This document shows, piece after piece, positions 27,026 through 40,594 of a DNA stretch of 64,000 nucleotides (position 1 is its first letter; the number at the start of each line of letters is the position of its first letter). The position numbers and the translations under genes are program-made. Below the pieces are notes generated by a model. That model searched no databases. It was not told the origin of the DNA and saw nothing but the letters and a program-made list of their open reading frames with translations. The DNA is from Octopus sinensis (lineage: Eukaryota): the NCBI RefSeq assembly GCF_006345805.1, contig NC_043009.1:1-64000 (forward strand). The letters run 5' to 3'.

Positions 27026-27902
27026 TAAAGTTAATAGTCTATAGATGTGCACAGAAACTGGGTGCAAGCATGCATATACGCATGTGTAAACACTGTGTTG
27101 TGCAGCAAAAGGAACAAACAGTACAAAATGTGTAACGAAAAGTGACAAAACCTGATTGGTAATGTCCTGTGTGAAAAGTCTATGCTGAAAAGTGAGAAAA
27201 GGTTAGTTCTCTTGGTTGGGTAGCTGTCCTAAGTGTTGCATTTATGTATGGCAACTGTTTCCCTCGTGTATCTGTGCATCGGGTTGCAGTACATGTGGAA
27301 TGTAATTGGTGTGTGTCCATTGAGTCGGCGACTTCATGTTGTTTTGGGCGTGTGACGATGGAACTGAAAACTATGCGTCGTGAAAGTTCGTGTCCTATAA
27401 TTCTAGTTGATGCGACTGGCACGGACTGTAATTGTTTTTTAAGAGTTCATGCGATGCTGAAGCAGTAAGTCTTTGAAGTCGAGCTCACCAAATGTAATGG
27501 ATAAGGTAACGAAGACTGCAGTTCTGTTGCTCGGGGGTCAGCAACTGTGGCAGGGTTGTTGTGGGTAACCAGTTGTATCGTTGTGGTTGATGTATTCTAA
27601 TAACGTCGGTCTGTCACCAATTGTCGATGCTCGATGCTGACAATAGAGAATGTGAAGGTGGCATTGTCACTTCTTCATTCCGGCCGACTGTAGAAAAAGG
27701 ATATATCACTGTGACACCTATTGTTTTCGTGTGGTGTCTGTGTAGACGCGGAAAAGTTTTAAGTCAAATGGAAAACAACATCAATTGACATAGCAAAGAC
27801 ATGTGATGAAATTAACTCAAAGAACAATGCAATACATATGTACAACTAGCTCTAGCATGCTTGCACCCAGTTTCTGTGCACAACTATAGACTATTAACTT
27901 TC
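27026..27902 (-). mobile_element. Element bounded by ~48-bp inverted repeats, with a possible GIY-YIG-like relic
   Basis: AAGTTAATAGTCTATAG..GTGCACAGAAACTGGGTGCAAGCATGC at the left end has its reverse complement at ~27855-27902. Weak PLE endonuclease-like translation (PVAS..GHELS). Confidence 0.55.
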
Positions 27903-28301
27903 TTTTTCCTTTGCATGCAACTCTTTTCTCATGAGAAGGATATCTCGGTACTATTAGCGAAAACTGGACCGGTGCGCCGCACACGCGCTAGCTAGTCGTA
28001 AGTAGTCGATCCTACAACGACTTGCGCGTATGCAAATGAGTTGATTTTACAGAATAAAATAAAAGAATCTTTTAAAAGAAGTAAATAAATTATTTCTTAG
28101 AATAATGTATATGATTTTTTTACACAAATCAAATAAAATGTGTGTGATATATTCTTTTAGTTTTCATATTCTTTAGTTTTTAATCATGTGTTGTGTGTTA
28201 TATACACCGATACAAATAGATATTATATATGTGTTTATGTGTGATATATTCTTTTACTAGTTTTTAGCTTTTGGACAGCATCCATAGTAGGTACATCATT
28301 C

Positions 28302-28399
<98 letters not shown>

Positions 28400-28889
28400 A
28401 TGTATATTATGTGTGTGTATATATGTGCATATGTGTGTGTATATATGTGTATATACATGTGTGTGTATGTGAGTATATATATGTGTGAGTAATATATATA
28501 TGTTCGTTAAGTAATTACTCACTTCTCCCCGCTCTGCTTAAATTCTGACCGTCCCTAAATTCCGACTGACCCTTGTTCGCTGTGCTCCCGCCCACCCACC
28601 ACCATACCGGATATCTCTCTATTCTCTCTCCTTCCCCCTCCCTTGTCCCTATGAAACGAAGAGAAGCAAAAAGTTGCTGCTGCTGTTGCTGCTGCCATTA
28701 CTACTGCTATTACCACTGCCTCTGCTACTGCTGATAGTGATATTGCTGCTGTTACTACAACTGCTGCTGCTTCTGATGATGATGGATATCAGTGGTTGAA
28801 AATAAACATAAAATAAACGTAGGAAAAAGAATGAAAAATCTAATAATAATTTAACATTACTTGTAAAGGTAGTGGGTAGCGAACTTCTT

Positions 28890-31800
28890 CACTACTTCAG
28901 GGAGTGACGACCCTGCCTGACACGAGTTCCGGGCTCAGCTTGCTCCGGCTGGCAGTACCCGGTATGGGCCCCTATCCAGGGTTACAGAAAGGAGACAACC
29001 TTCAAAGAAATCCGGAGTGGAGCCCCGAAGGCGGTCTAGCGTTCGACTCGACACTCTTCCGGCAGCTCCTGCAACCAAGCTGGTGCCAAACGTAATGCAC
29101 TGCACTCCTTTGGACTACATCAGCAAGGTCGAGAGAGAAAACCTGACGATTAGGCTACCCAGGACTTTCTTATCTCTAGCCCAGGCCTGCGCAAAACTGG
29201 AGAGGACACTTCAGTGCTGCTGTAAAAAGCTGCAGAAACAACACGGGAGGTAACAGTCACGAGTGATAAGTCCATTCAGATTGGCGTAAAATATGGGCGC
29301 TACGGGTTACCTCTGACGGTGGGAGGGACCTCCGTGTCCTATTGGTTAGCTACTGCCCACCTCAAGCTGGGCAGCCCCCAGTTAATAAGGTGCTGACCCG
29401 CCACAGGCCGCCTGCTTCATTGGGTGCTTGGAGCTAAGAGTATGACTTGAAAAGCGGCCTGCAACCTCTGCACCAGGCAAACAACTAAAAGTCAAGAAAA
29501 CACCAGTCCTGCAGTTGGCAAGCTGGAATGTCAGGACCATGTGCCCTGGAATATCTGATGATCTACTTAGGGTTGAAGACACAAGGAAAACGGCATCATT
29601 GACCGTGAACTAAAGAGGCTCAACATAGACATTGCTGGGCTACAGGAGACAAGACTTCCCTCAAACGGCAAACTCAAAGAGCAGGATTTCACCTTCTTTT
29701 GGCAGGGAAGAGATCCAGAAGAACCTCGTCAACATGGCGTTGGCTTTGCAGTGAGAAACTCACTACTCTCCTCAATAGAACCACCATCAGGAGGCACTGA
29801 GTGTATCCTCTCACTGCGCCTCTCGACTTCTTCTGACTCAGTACATCTACTCAGCATCTATGCTCCCACTCTCTACAGCTCAGAGGAGACCAAGGACCAG
29901 TTCTACAAAGATCTCAACTGTGTCACATTAAATATACCAACGACTGAAAATATCTACCTTCTAGGGGATTTTAACGCTCGCGTGAGATCTGACCATGATT
30001 CGTGGCCCATTTGTGTTGGACACTTTGGTATTGGCAACATGAATGACAATGGTCAGAGACTACTCGAATTCCGCACATACCACAACCTGTGCATCACAAA
30101 CCCATTCTTTACCAACAAGCCATCCCACAAGACATCTTGGAGACATCCAAGATCTCACCACTGGCATCAGCTGGATCTCATCATTACACGGAGATCCTTC
30201 CTGAATTCTACTCTATTGACCCGCAGTTACCACAGCGCGGATTGTTACACGGACGACTCACTAATTAGAAGTAGGGTGAGGATTCTACCTAAAAAAGTCT
30301 ATCGCTCCAAGAAAGTGGGCCGACCACGCATTAACACTGCCAGAACCTCGGACCCTACACTGCGAAAATGTTTTGCTGCTTCTATCAAGGTTGCCCTAGG
30401 TGGCTGCCCAACCTCCTCTGCTGAAAGTAGGTGGAACTATATCAGGGAAGCTTTGTATACGACATCAATAGATACGTTCGGCATGAGAGAAAGACAAAAC
30501 TCAGATTGGTACAATGCTGGGCTCTCAGAGCTGGAGCCAGTTATCGAAGCAAAGCGTGCAGCTCTGATGCAATCCAAGAGTGACTCTTCTACAAAGTCTC
30601 GAAGAACTCAGAAAGGCACGAAATAAAACCCAACTGACAGCCAGACGCTGTGCAAATATGTATTGGCAGGAAATCTGTCAGCTGCTGACAGTGGCGACAC
30701 CCGTGGGATGTATGCCGGTTTGAAGAAGGCCCTCGGTCCATCCGCAACCAAGTCAGCCCCTCTGAAATCAACTACTGGAGATCTCACCAGGGATCAAAGC
30801 AAGCAAATGGATAGATGGGTGTAGCACTACCAGGATCTCTACTCACGGGAGACTACAGTGGCTGAGGCTGTAGTCGAGAGTGTCAAGATCTTGCCAGTCA
30901 TGTGCGAACTTGACAGTCCGCCATCTATAGCAGAGCTCACCAAGGCTGTTGACTCCCTAGCAAGAAACAAGGCTCCGGGAAAAGACGGCATCCCCTCAGA
31001 GATCATCAAAGCCGGCAAAAACACCATCCTGCTTCGGCACCTTCATGAGCTTCTGTGTCAGTGCTGGGAAGAGGGTACAGTCCCTCAGGATATGCGGGAT
31101 GCTAACATCATTACGCTTTACAAAAACAAAGGGGACCGTGGTGATTGTAACAATTACCGTAGAATATCTCTTCTAAGCACTGTTGGAAAGACCTTTGCCC
31201 GCGTTATCCTGGCCAGGCTACAACTACTTGCTTCTCGAATCTATCCGGAATCGCAGTGTGGCTTTAGAAGAAGCAGATCAACTATCGATATGATATTCTC
31301 CATACGCCAACTTCAGGAGAAGTCCAGAGAGCAGAGAATGCCATTATATATGACCTTCATTGATCTAACAAAGACCTTTGACTCGGTAAGCAGAACAGGC
31401 CTCTTCACCCTGCTCTAAAAAATCGGATGTCCACCAAAGCTGCTGAGGATCATCAAGTCTTTCCATGATGACATGCAAGGCACCATACAGCACAACGGTT
31501 CAACATCAGCCGCCTTCCAAATAAAAAACGGGGTAAAGCAAGGTTGTGTCCTCGCTCCTACATTGTTTGGCATCTTCTTCTCGCTCTTACTCTCACATGC
31601 CTTTCAGACATCAGATGATGGAGTGTTTCTGTACAGTAGAAGTGACGGGAAACTGTTCAATCTCTCGCGCCTGCGTGCCAAGACCAAAATCAGAAACGTC
31701 CTGATCAAGGAGATGCTATTTGCTGATGATGCGGCTCTGGTATCACACACAGAAGAAGCCCTCCAAAGGCTCATTAACTGTTTTGAGCAAGCATGTAACG

Positions 31801-32140
31801 ACTTTGGCTTAGCTATCAGCCTTAAGAAGACCAACATCATGGGTCAGGCTACATCGGACATCCCAAACATACATATTGGAGACCACAGATTACAAGAGGT
31901 GGAGAAGTTTACCTATCTGGGCTCTACCGTTACCTACAACCCATCCCTCGACGCTGAGCTCAATATACGCTTTGGCAAGGCAGCTGCTGCGATGGCCCAA
32001 CTCTCCAAACGGGCTTGAGACAACAATAAGCTGACCAAGACCACGAAAATGAAGATCTACCAGGCATGTGTACTTAGCACTCTACTGTATGGAAGTGAGG
32101 CTTGGACGCTATACACACGCCAAGAGCGTCGCATAAACAG
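28890..32140 (+). mobile_element. RTE-clade LINE (APE endonuclease plus RT), frameshifted and 3'-truncated
   Basis: Motifs LASWNVRT, YAPT, LLGDFNARV, HQLDLII, KAPGKDGIP, YRRISLLS, GVKQGCVLAPTLF and LFADD. Confidence 0.92.
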
Positions 32141-34006
32141 GTGCCTGCTCAACCTTTGCGATATCACTACAGTAAATGCCTTGAACATTGTAGGGAGACA
32201 GGTTATTGGTCTGTAGTTTTCTGGTTTTGCTGTCCCATTTGATTTGGGAATTAAGATGGTTTTCCCCTTCGTGAGCCATTCAGGCATTGTCTCTGGCTCT
32301 GCTAGTATGTTGTTAGAGTTTTCAGCCAGCTTTTTGTGCATTCCTGTTAGATATTTCAACCAGAAGTTGGGGATCTTGTCATGCCCAGGTGCCTTCCAGT
32401 TGCTTAGTCTTTGCAGTGCCTGGGTGACCTCTTCAGTTGTTATGGGGGTCCAAAGTTGTTCAGATGCCGAGTTTGTTATTTTGATACTCCTTTTTTTTGG
32501 CTGTTCGTTCGCCGACCATATTTCTTTCCAGAATTCTTCCACTTCTTCTGCCGTTGGTGCTGCAGTGATTTCTATTTTATTTTTGCCAAGTTCTTGGTAG
32601 AACTTTTTGGTGTTGGAGTTGAACTTTTTGTTTTGTTCAAAGAAACGCTGGCGTTTCTCGTACCGGCGGATCCTTTGTGCTTGGCAAGGATATCTTGCTT
32701 CAGCTTTTCTTTTATCTCAGGTAAATCTTTTTCTGTGATGTTATATTTGCGGAGTATTTTTGTTTTCTTTTTGTTGCTCAGTAGCGTTGATTGTCTGCTG
32801 ATTTCATTAAGAATCGACAGATCTTTTCTCATCTTTGTATTTTGTTTTGGATGTTATTTATCCACAGAGTTTGTTTGGGTGGTGGTACTCCTGTTTGGAT
32901 GGGTTTGAGTGAGTATCCAGTTTCTTTTGTGGCTGCAGTTGCTGCTGCGTATACTAAGTCATTTAGCTCAGTGATATCGCTTTTTGTTTCAGTGGCTATT
33001 AGTTCCGTGACGGCTAGGTTTATGCTGTTTATAATTGGTGTTGTTATTTCGTCTATTTTGATTCTTGGGAGGTATGGTCGGTGGTCCATTTTGAGCTCTG
33101 TGGTTTTCAGTTCTTTGATTATTTTATTTTTTATATTATCATAATCATTAGGCTCCCCTTCGTTGTTTACATCGTGTTTGTTGGGAATGTTACGTTTGTC
33201 TTCGTGTTTTACTGTTTCAGTGTTTATATTATTGGGCATTGTTGTGTGGCTTCTATCTACATTTTCCTGGTGTATTTTTTCTTTTAGATGTTCTATTTCT
33301 ATTTCTGATATTTTTTTTGCGTTGAGAATGTATCTTCGTACGTTAGCTAATTTATTAGGGTTCATTGCTGTATCCAAGTCTATATTTATGTTATTTTCCT
33401 TCCATATTTTATATGTATGTGTTGTTGTGTTTTCATTTTTTGGGTAGAGCACTGCTGTGAAGTATGCGTGTAAGATAGAAATGTATTCCTCACGTGTCCA
33501 TTTATATCTTTTGGGTTTTATTTGCGGGACATGAGGAACAACGTCCGGCCCATTATTTTGACGGTCGTCATTTTCGTAGGGTACCGGCCCGTTCATTTCT
33601 ATTGTCACATTGTTTTGCACGTGTAGTTTTTCGTACATTTTGTGTTGTAAGTTGAAAGTACGTACCGTTCGATTGTTATTCTTGGGTTGAATAATATCGG
33701 TGGCATTTAATTTCTTCGTAGTTCCTTTGTACATGGTGTTTGGGGTCGGGGATGATCTGTTGATGGATCGTAATGTACCACGCATGTTTACATGTGTTGT
33801 GTTAGAGGTGGAGATGATATCGAGTCAAAATACGTCATTTCGTTTCGAAAATAGTTATAAATTTCAATTAGTATTACTTACTCGGATACAGTCAAATCCT
33901 TTGTTAGTAAATCTTTGGCTCCATACGATGTCCTTGTTTTCGATGTTTGTGGATAGATTTCGGAGCTCTGTTTTTTCCTTCTTACATCTTAAACGATCCC
34001 CGGTGT
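32141..34006 (-). mobile_element. R4/Dong-like non-LTR element, 5' half
   Basis: ORF 32829-33785 (KRYKWTREEY), then KAPGHDKIPNFWLK and PENYRPITCLPTMFK. It abuts a (TAA)n tract at 34007-34090. Confidence 0.8.
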
Positions 34007-35122
34007 ATTATTATTATTATTATTATTATTATTTATTATTATTATTATTATCATTATTATTATTATTATTATTATTATATTATTATTATTGTGTGTGTGT
34101 GTAGGCGTGCGTGTGTGTTACAGTTAGACAGTTACTGTGTTATACGGTCTTTACTCTGAGTTTGATGGGAACACTCGAACACATGTTTAATCGATCACAT
34201 AAGTGAATGTTTAGTCACATGTGACTTAAAAACTGGGTCATTGTTAGTCTTCGTGAAGTTTAGTTCTGAGTTGGACGAACCAGGTCATGTAATGAAAATT
34301 GCTGCATGCAACGAGTATAAATTGCTGAAAGGTATAAAGCTTTAGTATTTATGTAAATAATTAACTTCCATTCGCCAAAGAGTTATCACCTCAATTCCTC
34401 AGACGCTGTTTTTCGAGGTAATTTATTGAAATAAGCCCTGTGAAATACTGCTCTATTACAAGAAAACTCAGAGAAAAGTCTATATGTACATAATCTACAG
34501 GACAATTTTTCATTTTATTGTGGAGATGTCATGCCCTTGTACCTAAAGCTTCCAAATGAAACTGGACAGCCAAGTGCAGCTTTCTTTGTGCTCATCAGAA
34601 AGCGAAAATAAATACTGAGCCCCTATAAAATATCCATCAAATACCATCTTACCACCTCAGCAAAACAGATCCGTTGGATAATTCAGTTCTAGATATGATG
34701 CGCTATGTCTGCAAAAATGGCGTGATTGTTACTGTTCATATGATCAGAGGTGTTCTCAGTCACAGCGGAATTGTGGTTCAATAACAGACAACAACGACAC
34801 ACACACAAAGGAAAAATAATAGAGAAAACTCAAAACACTGTATAGGCATGCGTATATTTCTTTCTTTATTTCTTTCTACATATGGTCATGTGACACACCA
34901 AATGTCCTTTTCAACAAATTTCTGGTTTTACTGAAAAAGAAACTTATTATTTCCTTGCTTATCCAATTTTAATACACACGTAATTTCGCGTTTTACCATT
35001 CTTCTTCTGATATCTTTTATCAAATAACTCCTATTCACACACACACGCACACACACGCGCGCGCGCAGGAGAGAGAGAGAGAGAGAGAGAGAAAGAAAGG
35101 AGTAGAGGGGATAAAAATTGCA

Positions 35123-35176
35123 ATAATAATAATAATAATAATGATGATGATGATGATGATGATGATAATAATAATA

Positions 35177-35246
<70 letters not shown>

Positions 35247-35263
35247 TAATAATAATAATAATA

Positions 35264-35302
<39 letters not shown>
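35123..35302. repeat. (AAT)n/(GAT)n microsatellite, representative of many (TA)n, (CA)n, (GA)n and (TATG)n tracts
   Basis: Seen directly in the sequence. Confidence 0.95.
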
Positions 35303-35307
<5 letters not shown>

Positions 35308-36500
35308 CAATTATAAAATTCATAGGGCACTCTATGAATAAATGGCAAACAGTGCTACACCTCCAAACAAAAGAGGGACTCATGAAAACCAAAGACATCC
35401 CCATTAGAAGAGGAATATTCCAGGGAGACACGCTTTCTCCACTCCTTTTCTGCTTGGCACTGTCACCTCTATCTGATATGCTAAATAGAACTGGATGAGG
35501 ATATAAATATTACGGCAAAACGATCAGCCACCTTTTATATATGGATGACCTAAAACTATACGCTGCGAATGACAAACAGCTGGAAACACTATTAAAGACA
35601 GTTCATGGATTTACCAAAGAAATAGATATGAAATTTGGATTAGAAAAATGCGCCAAAGTAACCATGAAAAGAGGAAAACTAGTTAAGAGTAGCAACATCA
35701 CACTAGATAAAACCAATGAAATAAAAGAATTAGACCAAAGCCAAACTTACAAATACTTAGGAATCCATGAACTAGATAAGACACAACACACACAAATGAA
35801 AGAGAAAATAAAAAAGAATATTATAGACGAGTTAGATCAATACTAAAAACAGAGCTCAATGCTAAAAACAAGATAATAGGTATTAACACTTTAGCTGTCC
35901 CAGTTATAAGTTACAGCTACAATATCCTTAACTGGACACTAAATGAACTGACCAAAATAGATAGGAAAACAAGAAAAATAATGACAGGATCTAGGATGCA
36001 TCACCCAAAATCTGACATAGAAAGACTATATATACAACGTATAGAAGGTGGTAGAGGCCTTATACAACTGGAAAACTACTATAAAATAACCACCATAGGA
36101 CTGCAAAAATATCTACTTCAGAAGGAAGGAAAACTGATACAAATAGCGGCAAAACACGAGCAAAACAAAAACTGTTCTCAGTATTTAAGGAAGCTGACAA
36201 ATACAAACAAGAAATCATAACACCTAATAAATATGAAGAAGAAGAAGAAGAAGAAGAAGAAGAAGAGAAGAAGAAGAAGAAGAAGAAGAAGAAGAAGAAG
36301 AAGAAGAAGAAGAAGAAGAAGAAGAGAAGAAGAAGAAGAAGAAGAAGAAGAAGAAGAAGATAAGAAACAACAAAAGCTATAAAACAAATGAAATCCAAAC
36401 TAAAAATAGAACAGCAACGAACCATGATAAAACGATGGCAAGAAAAGCCCCTTCATGGTAAATACTGGACTAGACTAAACGCAAAAGAAATAGACAAAGA
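35303..36500 (+). mobile_element. R4/Dong-like 5'-truncated copy A (RT to thumb region)
   Basis: Motifs RGIFQGD, YMDDLKLYA, TYKYLGI and RMHHPKSDIERLYI; contains a (GAA)n tract at ~36232-36360. Confidence 0.85.
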
Positions 36501-38060
36501 AAACCACAAGAAGACCACAAATTCAGTCGTGTTAGATGTTGACACAGTCATAAGAGAGCTTGAGCAAGAACAAACATACAAATATTTAGGGATAAATGAA
36601 GGCTCTGGTATTCAGCATGCAAGCATGAAAGAGAAAATCAGGAGAGTTCGTGCAGTCCTGAAATCTGAACTAAATGCACGTAACAAGGTGTTAGCTATAA
36701 ATTCCTTAGCAGTTCCAGTTGTTACTTATAGCTACAATGTGTTGAACTGGAATATGAGTAAAGTAAAGAATATAGATAGGAAAATACGCAAGCTGCTGAG
36801 TTGTAATAGGATGCACCACCCTAAAGCAGACGTAGATCGCCTTTACCTTCCCAGAGCCCAAGGAGGTCGAGGCCTGATCCAATTTGAACTAGCTTACAAA
36901 ACAACCACAATTGGATTGGCCAAATATCTCGAAATATCGAATGACTGGATGCTAAAGCTCGTGGAAAATCACGAGAGACGAAAGAAGCTTCATTCTATCA
37001 TAAAGGAAAGCAAAAAATTTGCTATTGATCTCGTGCAGGATACCCAAACTGAACAACTATTGTTGCAAAGAAGGTGAAAATGATGGCAATGAAAAAAGCG
37101 CACGAGCAATTGGCTGATAGGTGGGAGGAGAAACCTCTGCACGGCAAATATGTGACCCGCAGCAAACAAGCTGATGTTGACCAGAAGCAAACCCATCAGT
37201 GGCTACGGAGCTCAGGGCTAAAAGCAGAGAGCGAAGGTTTCATCCTGGCTGCTCAAGATCAAAGCCTATTAACTCGGAACTACCAGGCCAATGTGATGAA
37301 AAATGGAGCAGACCCAAAATGCCGATTCTGCAACGACATGATTGAAACAGTGAACCACCTAATCTCTGGATGTAAAGTCTTAGCACCAGTGGAGTATAAA
37401 TTAAGACATGATAGAGTTGGCCAATATCTCCACTGGCTAATAAGTCGGCATTACAATATCAAAACTGCCGACAAGTGGTATAATCACCACCCTGAGGCTG
37501 TAACTGAAGGAGAAAATGTAACCATTCTGTGGGACTTTCCAGTACATACAGACCGAACCATCAAGGCCAATAAACCAGATATTGTTGTGAAAGACCAAAA
37601 CAATAAAGTTTGCTTATTGATCGACATGAGCATCCCCTGTGATCATAATATCTCAGCGAAAGAGTTTGACAAGCTCAGAAAATATAAAGACCTACTCATT
37701 GAAATTGAGAAAATGTGGCATCTCAAGGCGGTTACAATACCAGTGATCGTAGGAGCACTAGGAATGATCAAGAAGGGAACCGAAAATTATGAGAATGATC
37801 CCTGGCTTACCATCCCTGCAAGAAGTGGAAAAGATTGTCTTAACTGGTACATCACACGTATTGAGAAGAGCATTGTCGATGTGAGAACTGTTGCTGCTCA
37901 TGTATTTTAATTTAACTTAAAAAAAAAAAAATAATAAAAAAATGAACGAACTACTGAGTTTGGTTTAATGGCCTACCAATGTATACTATGAGTTTCTTTG
38001 CCCTAGGAAGACACTCGGCAAGAAATGATAGCAAATTTGAAAGAAGAAGAAAAAAAAGTA
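36500..38060 (+). mobile_element. R4/Dong-like copy B with CCHC finger and restriction-like endonuclease
   Basis: Motifs RMHHPKADVDRLY, CRFC..ETVNHLISGC, RHD, KPDIVV, LLIDMSIP and KYKDL; followed by (TAA)n. Confidence 0.88.
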
Positions 38061-38096
<36 letters not shown>

Positions 38097-38130
38097 GTGG
38101 CTCTCATGGCTGCTGATCTTAACTGATTGG

Positions 38131-38173
<43 letters not shown>

Positions 38174-38174
38174 G

Positions 38175-38722
38175 AGTGAGAGAGCAGTGCATGCCATCAA
38201 AGTGACACTGGGGTAAAAATATACGTAGCCCAGTATACCCATCATGACTACCCGTCTGATAAGGGTACACCAAGCACATGCATCACAACAATATGTGCGT
38301 GACATGATCTCATATCAAGAATAGCAGCGCATGACCTTGCAGGTGGGGCGTAGTCAGAATTTTCTTCAGGTTGAGTAGCCCATCCCGTTCAAAAAGTCCC
38401 TGAATAAGGGCTGTTTAAGGATCTTGAACGAAACACCCATGTTTCCAAAGGTGAATTATCCAAACCCCAGAGAATTGCTTTCAACATGTGGCTATGATGC
38501 TCCCCCACCACTTCTGCTCGTGATCAGGGATGCACGCATCGTCAGCTACTAAGGGACATGCTCAACTGGTTAAGGTCAAACAACTGACAAGCAAATCTGT
38601 GATACTGAGCAGAATATTTGCTGTAGCCCCATCTTTTATACCAAGACAAAACAATGTACATGATAACACTTCCAATCACTTAAGATCAGAAGCCATTAGA
38701 GTCACTGCCTGGTACTGCATCG
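38175..38722 (+). mobile_element. Unclassified ~550-bp interspersed repeat
   Basis: Its 3'-terminal ~40 bp also occur inverted at 38097-38138; it sits between microsatellites. Classification is uncertain. Confidence 0.45.
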
Positions 38723-39354
38723 TGTGAGTGTGTGTGCGTGTGTGTGTGCATTTGAATGGTAGGGGAGGACAAGATTTCTAATGCTTATTTGAGATTTATA
38801 TGTCGTACACCTTACTATGTTACAATCCAATTTTCATTACAACTGGCTCCCTGTTTCCAGCTGCCGCAACCCATTCAGTTCTTTTGCATAGACGAGGCAT
38901 GCTCTGATATTGGTTAGACTAAAATGTTGTTAAATATTTGAAATAACAAGAAAAAAAGACTTGGTAGCATTTAAGCATTCACTTCATTGGTCATAAGGAC
39001 GGGATGTTCCCTCTTTATTACTATTCAAGCAGATCCGTGGGTTTGCATGAAAGTTCCCAGTACAAGGGCCGGAAGGAAAACGGACATCATCGATGCTTTT
39101 GGGAAATTAGATTCATCTGAAAAAATATAAAAGTAAATATAAAAGAAAATAATAATTTGAGAAAAATATAATTTTCTTTTCAATTTTTTATTTGCAAAGC
39201 GTAGTACTAATTCTATCGATCTCTTATGCGAACCGCTAAGTTACGGAGAAGTAAACACACTAACAGCTGTTGTCAAATGATGGTTGGGGGACAAACATAT
39301 ATACAATGACACACAAACACATTCGACGGGCTTCTTTCAGTTTCTTATTTCTTG

Positions 39355-39960
39355 TGTTTGTCCCCTCTATGTTTAGCCCACAAGGGGCTAAACATAGAGA
39401 GACAAACAAAGACAGACACAGGGATTAAGTCGATTGCATCGACCCCAGAGCGTAACTGCTACTTAATTTATTGACCTCGAGAGGATGAAAGGCAAAGTCG
39501 ACCTCGGCGGAATTTGAACTCAGAACATAGCGGCAGACGAAATACCTATTTCTTTGCAACCCACAAGGGGCTAAACACAGAGAGGACAAACAAGGACAGG
39601 CAAACGGATTAAGTCGATTATATCGACCCCAGTGCGTAACTGGTACTTATTTAATCGACCCCGAAAGGATGAAAGGCAAAGTCGACCTCGGCGGAATTTG
39701 AACACAACGTAGCGGCAGACGAAATACCTATTTCATTATTACCCACAAGGGGCTAAACACAGAGGGGACAAACAAGGACAGACATAGGTATTAAGTCGAT
39801 TACATCGACCCCAGTGCGTAACTGGTACTTAATTTATCGACCCCGAAAGGATGAAAGGCAAAGTCGACCTCGGTGGAATTTGAACTCACAACGTAACGGC
39901 AGCCGAAATACCGCTAGGCGTTTCGCCTGGCGCGCTAACGTTTTTGCCAGCTCGCCGCCT
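39355..39960 (-). mobile_element. SINE with three tandem ~182-bp internal units; same family at 40755-41140, 42060-42235, 42270-42710, 42900-43120 and 52540-52670
   Basis: Recurrent GTCGACCTCGGCGGAATTTGAACTC and TCGACCCCGAAAGGATGAAAGGC motifs; tRNA-like head. Confidence 0.8.
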
Positions 39961-40522
39961 TTCAGTTTCTGTTAGCCAAATCCACTCACAAGGCTTTGGT
40001 AAGCTCGTGGGATTGCAAGTGGTAAGCAGTGGGATTGAACCTGGAATCATGTGAAACTTTTGAAGTTAAAATTATCAGTTAAATCTTGAAATCACACGCT
40101 ACCGTCTTAAAAAGGAGAATTATAAATTATATGGTTCTAGATATAAATATTTAGAAAGAAAAAAATGGGAATACCTTTCATCGTAAGATAGATTGACCCC
40201 CATCAGTGAGGAGTTTGGGCTAAGCAACAACAACAATATAAAGTTTTTAATTTTTCAGTGCGTTAAATAATTTTTCATCATACCGAACTATACTTGAGGG
40301 CCTTACCATTCTTGTGTATCATATTCTATATACTAAGTAGAATGTCATGTTTTAATCGGTCTCAGCACACCTCTTTTTGGGGTGGTGGAGTTGGTGTACC
40401 CTGTTTTTTTTTTTGGGGGGGGGGATTCTTTGACCCAGTATTAATTTTCTTTCCGCAATATAATTTGTACTTATAAACACACACAAACATACACACACGC
40501 ACACGACACACACAACACACAC

Positions 40523-40577
<55 letters not shown>

Positions 40578-40594
40578 ACACACACACACACAGC

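Noticed and set aside
28890-29450. HDV-like ribozyme in the RTE 5' UTR (also tried 51600-51820, minus strand)
   Set aside because: Hairpins exist, but I could not assemble P1/P2/P3/P1.1 by hand. An RNArobo or Infernal search would be needed.
34150-34900. Unique-looking sequence between the R4 pieces
   Set aside because: No ORF or motif I can recognize, so no feature can be supported.
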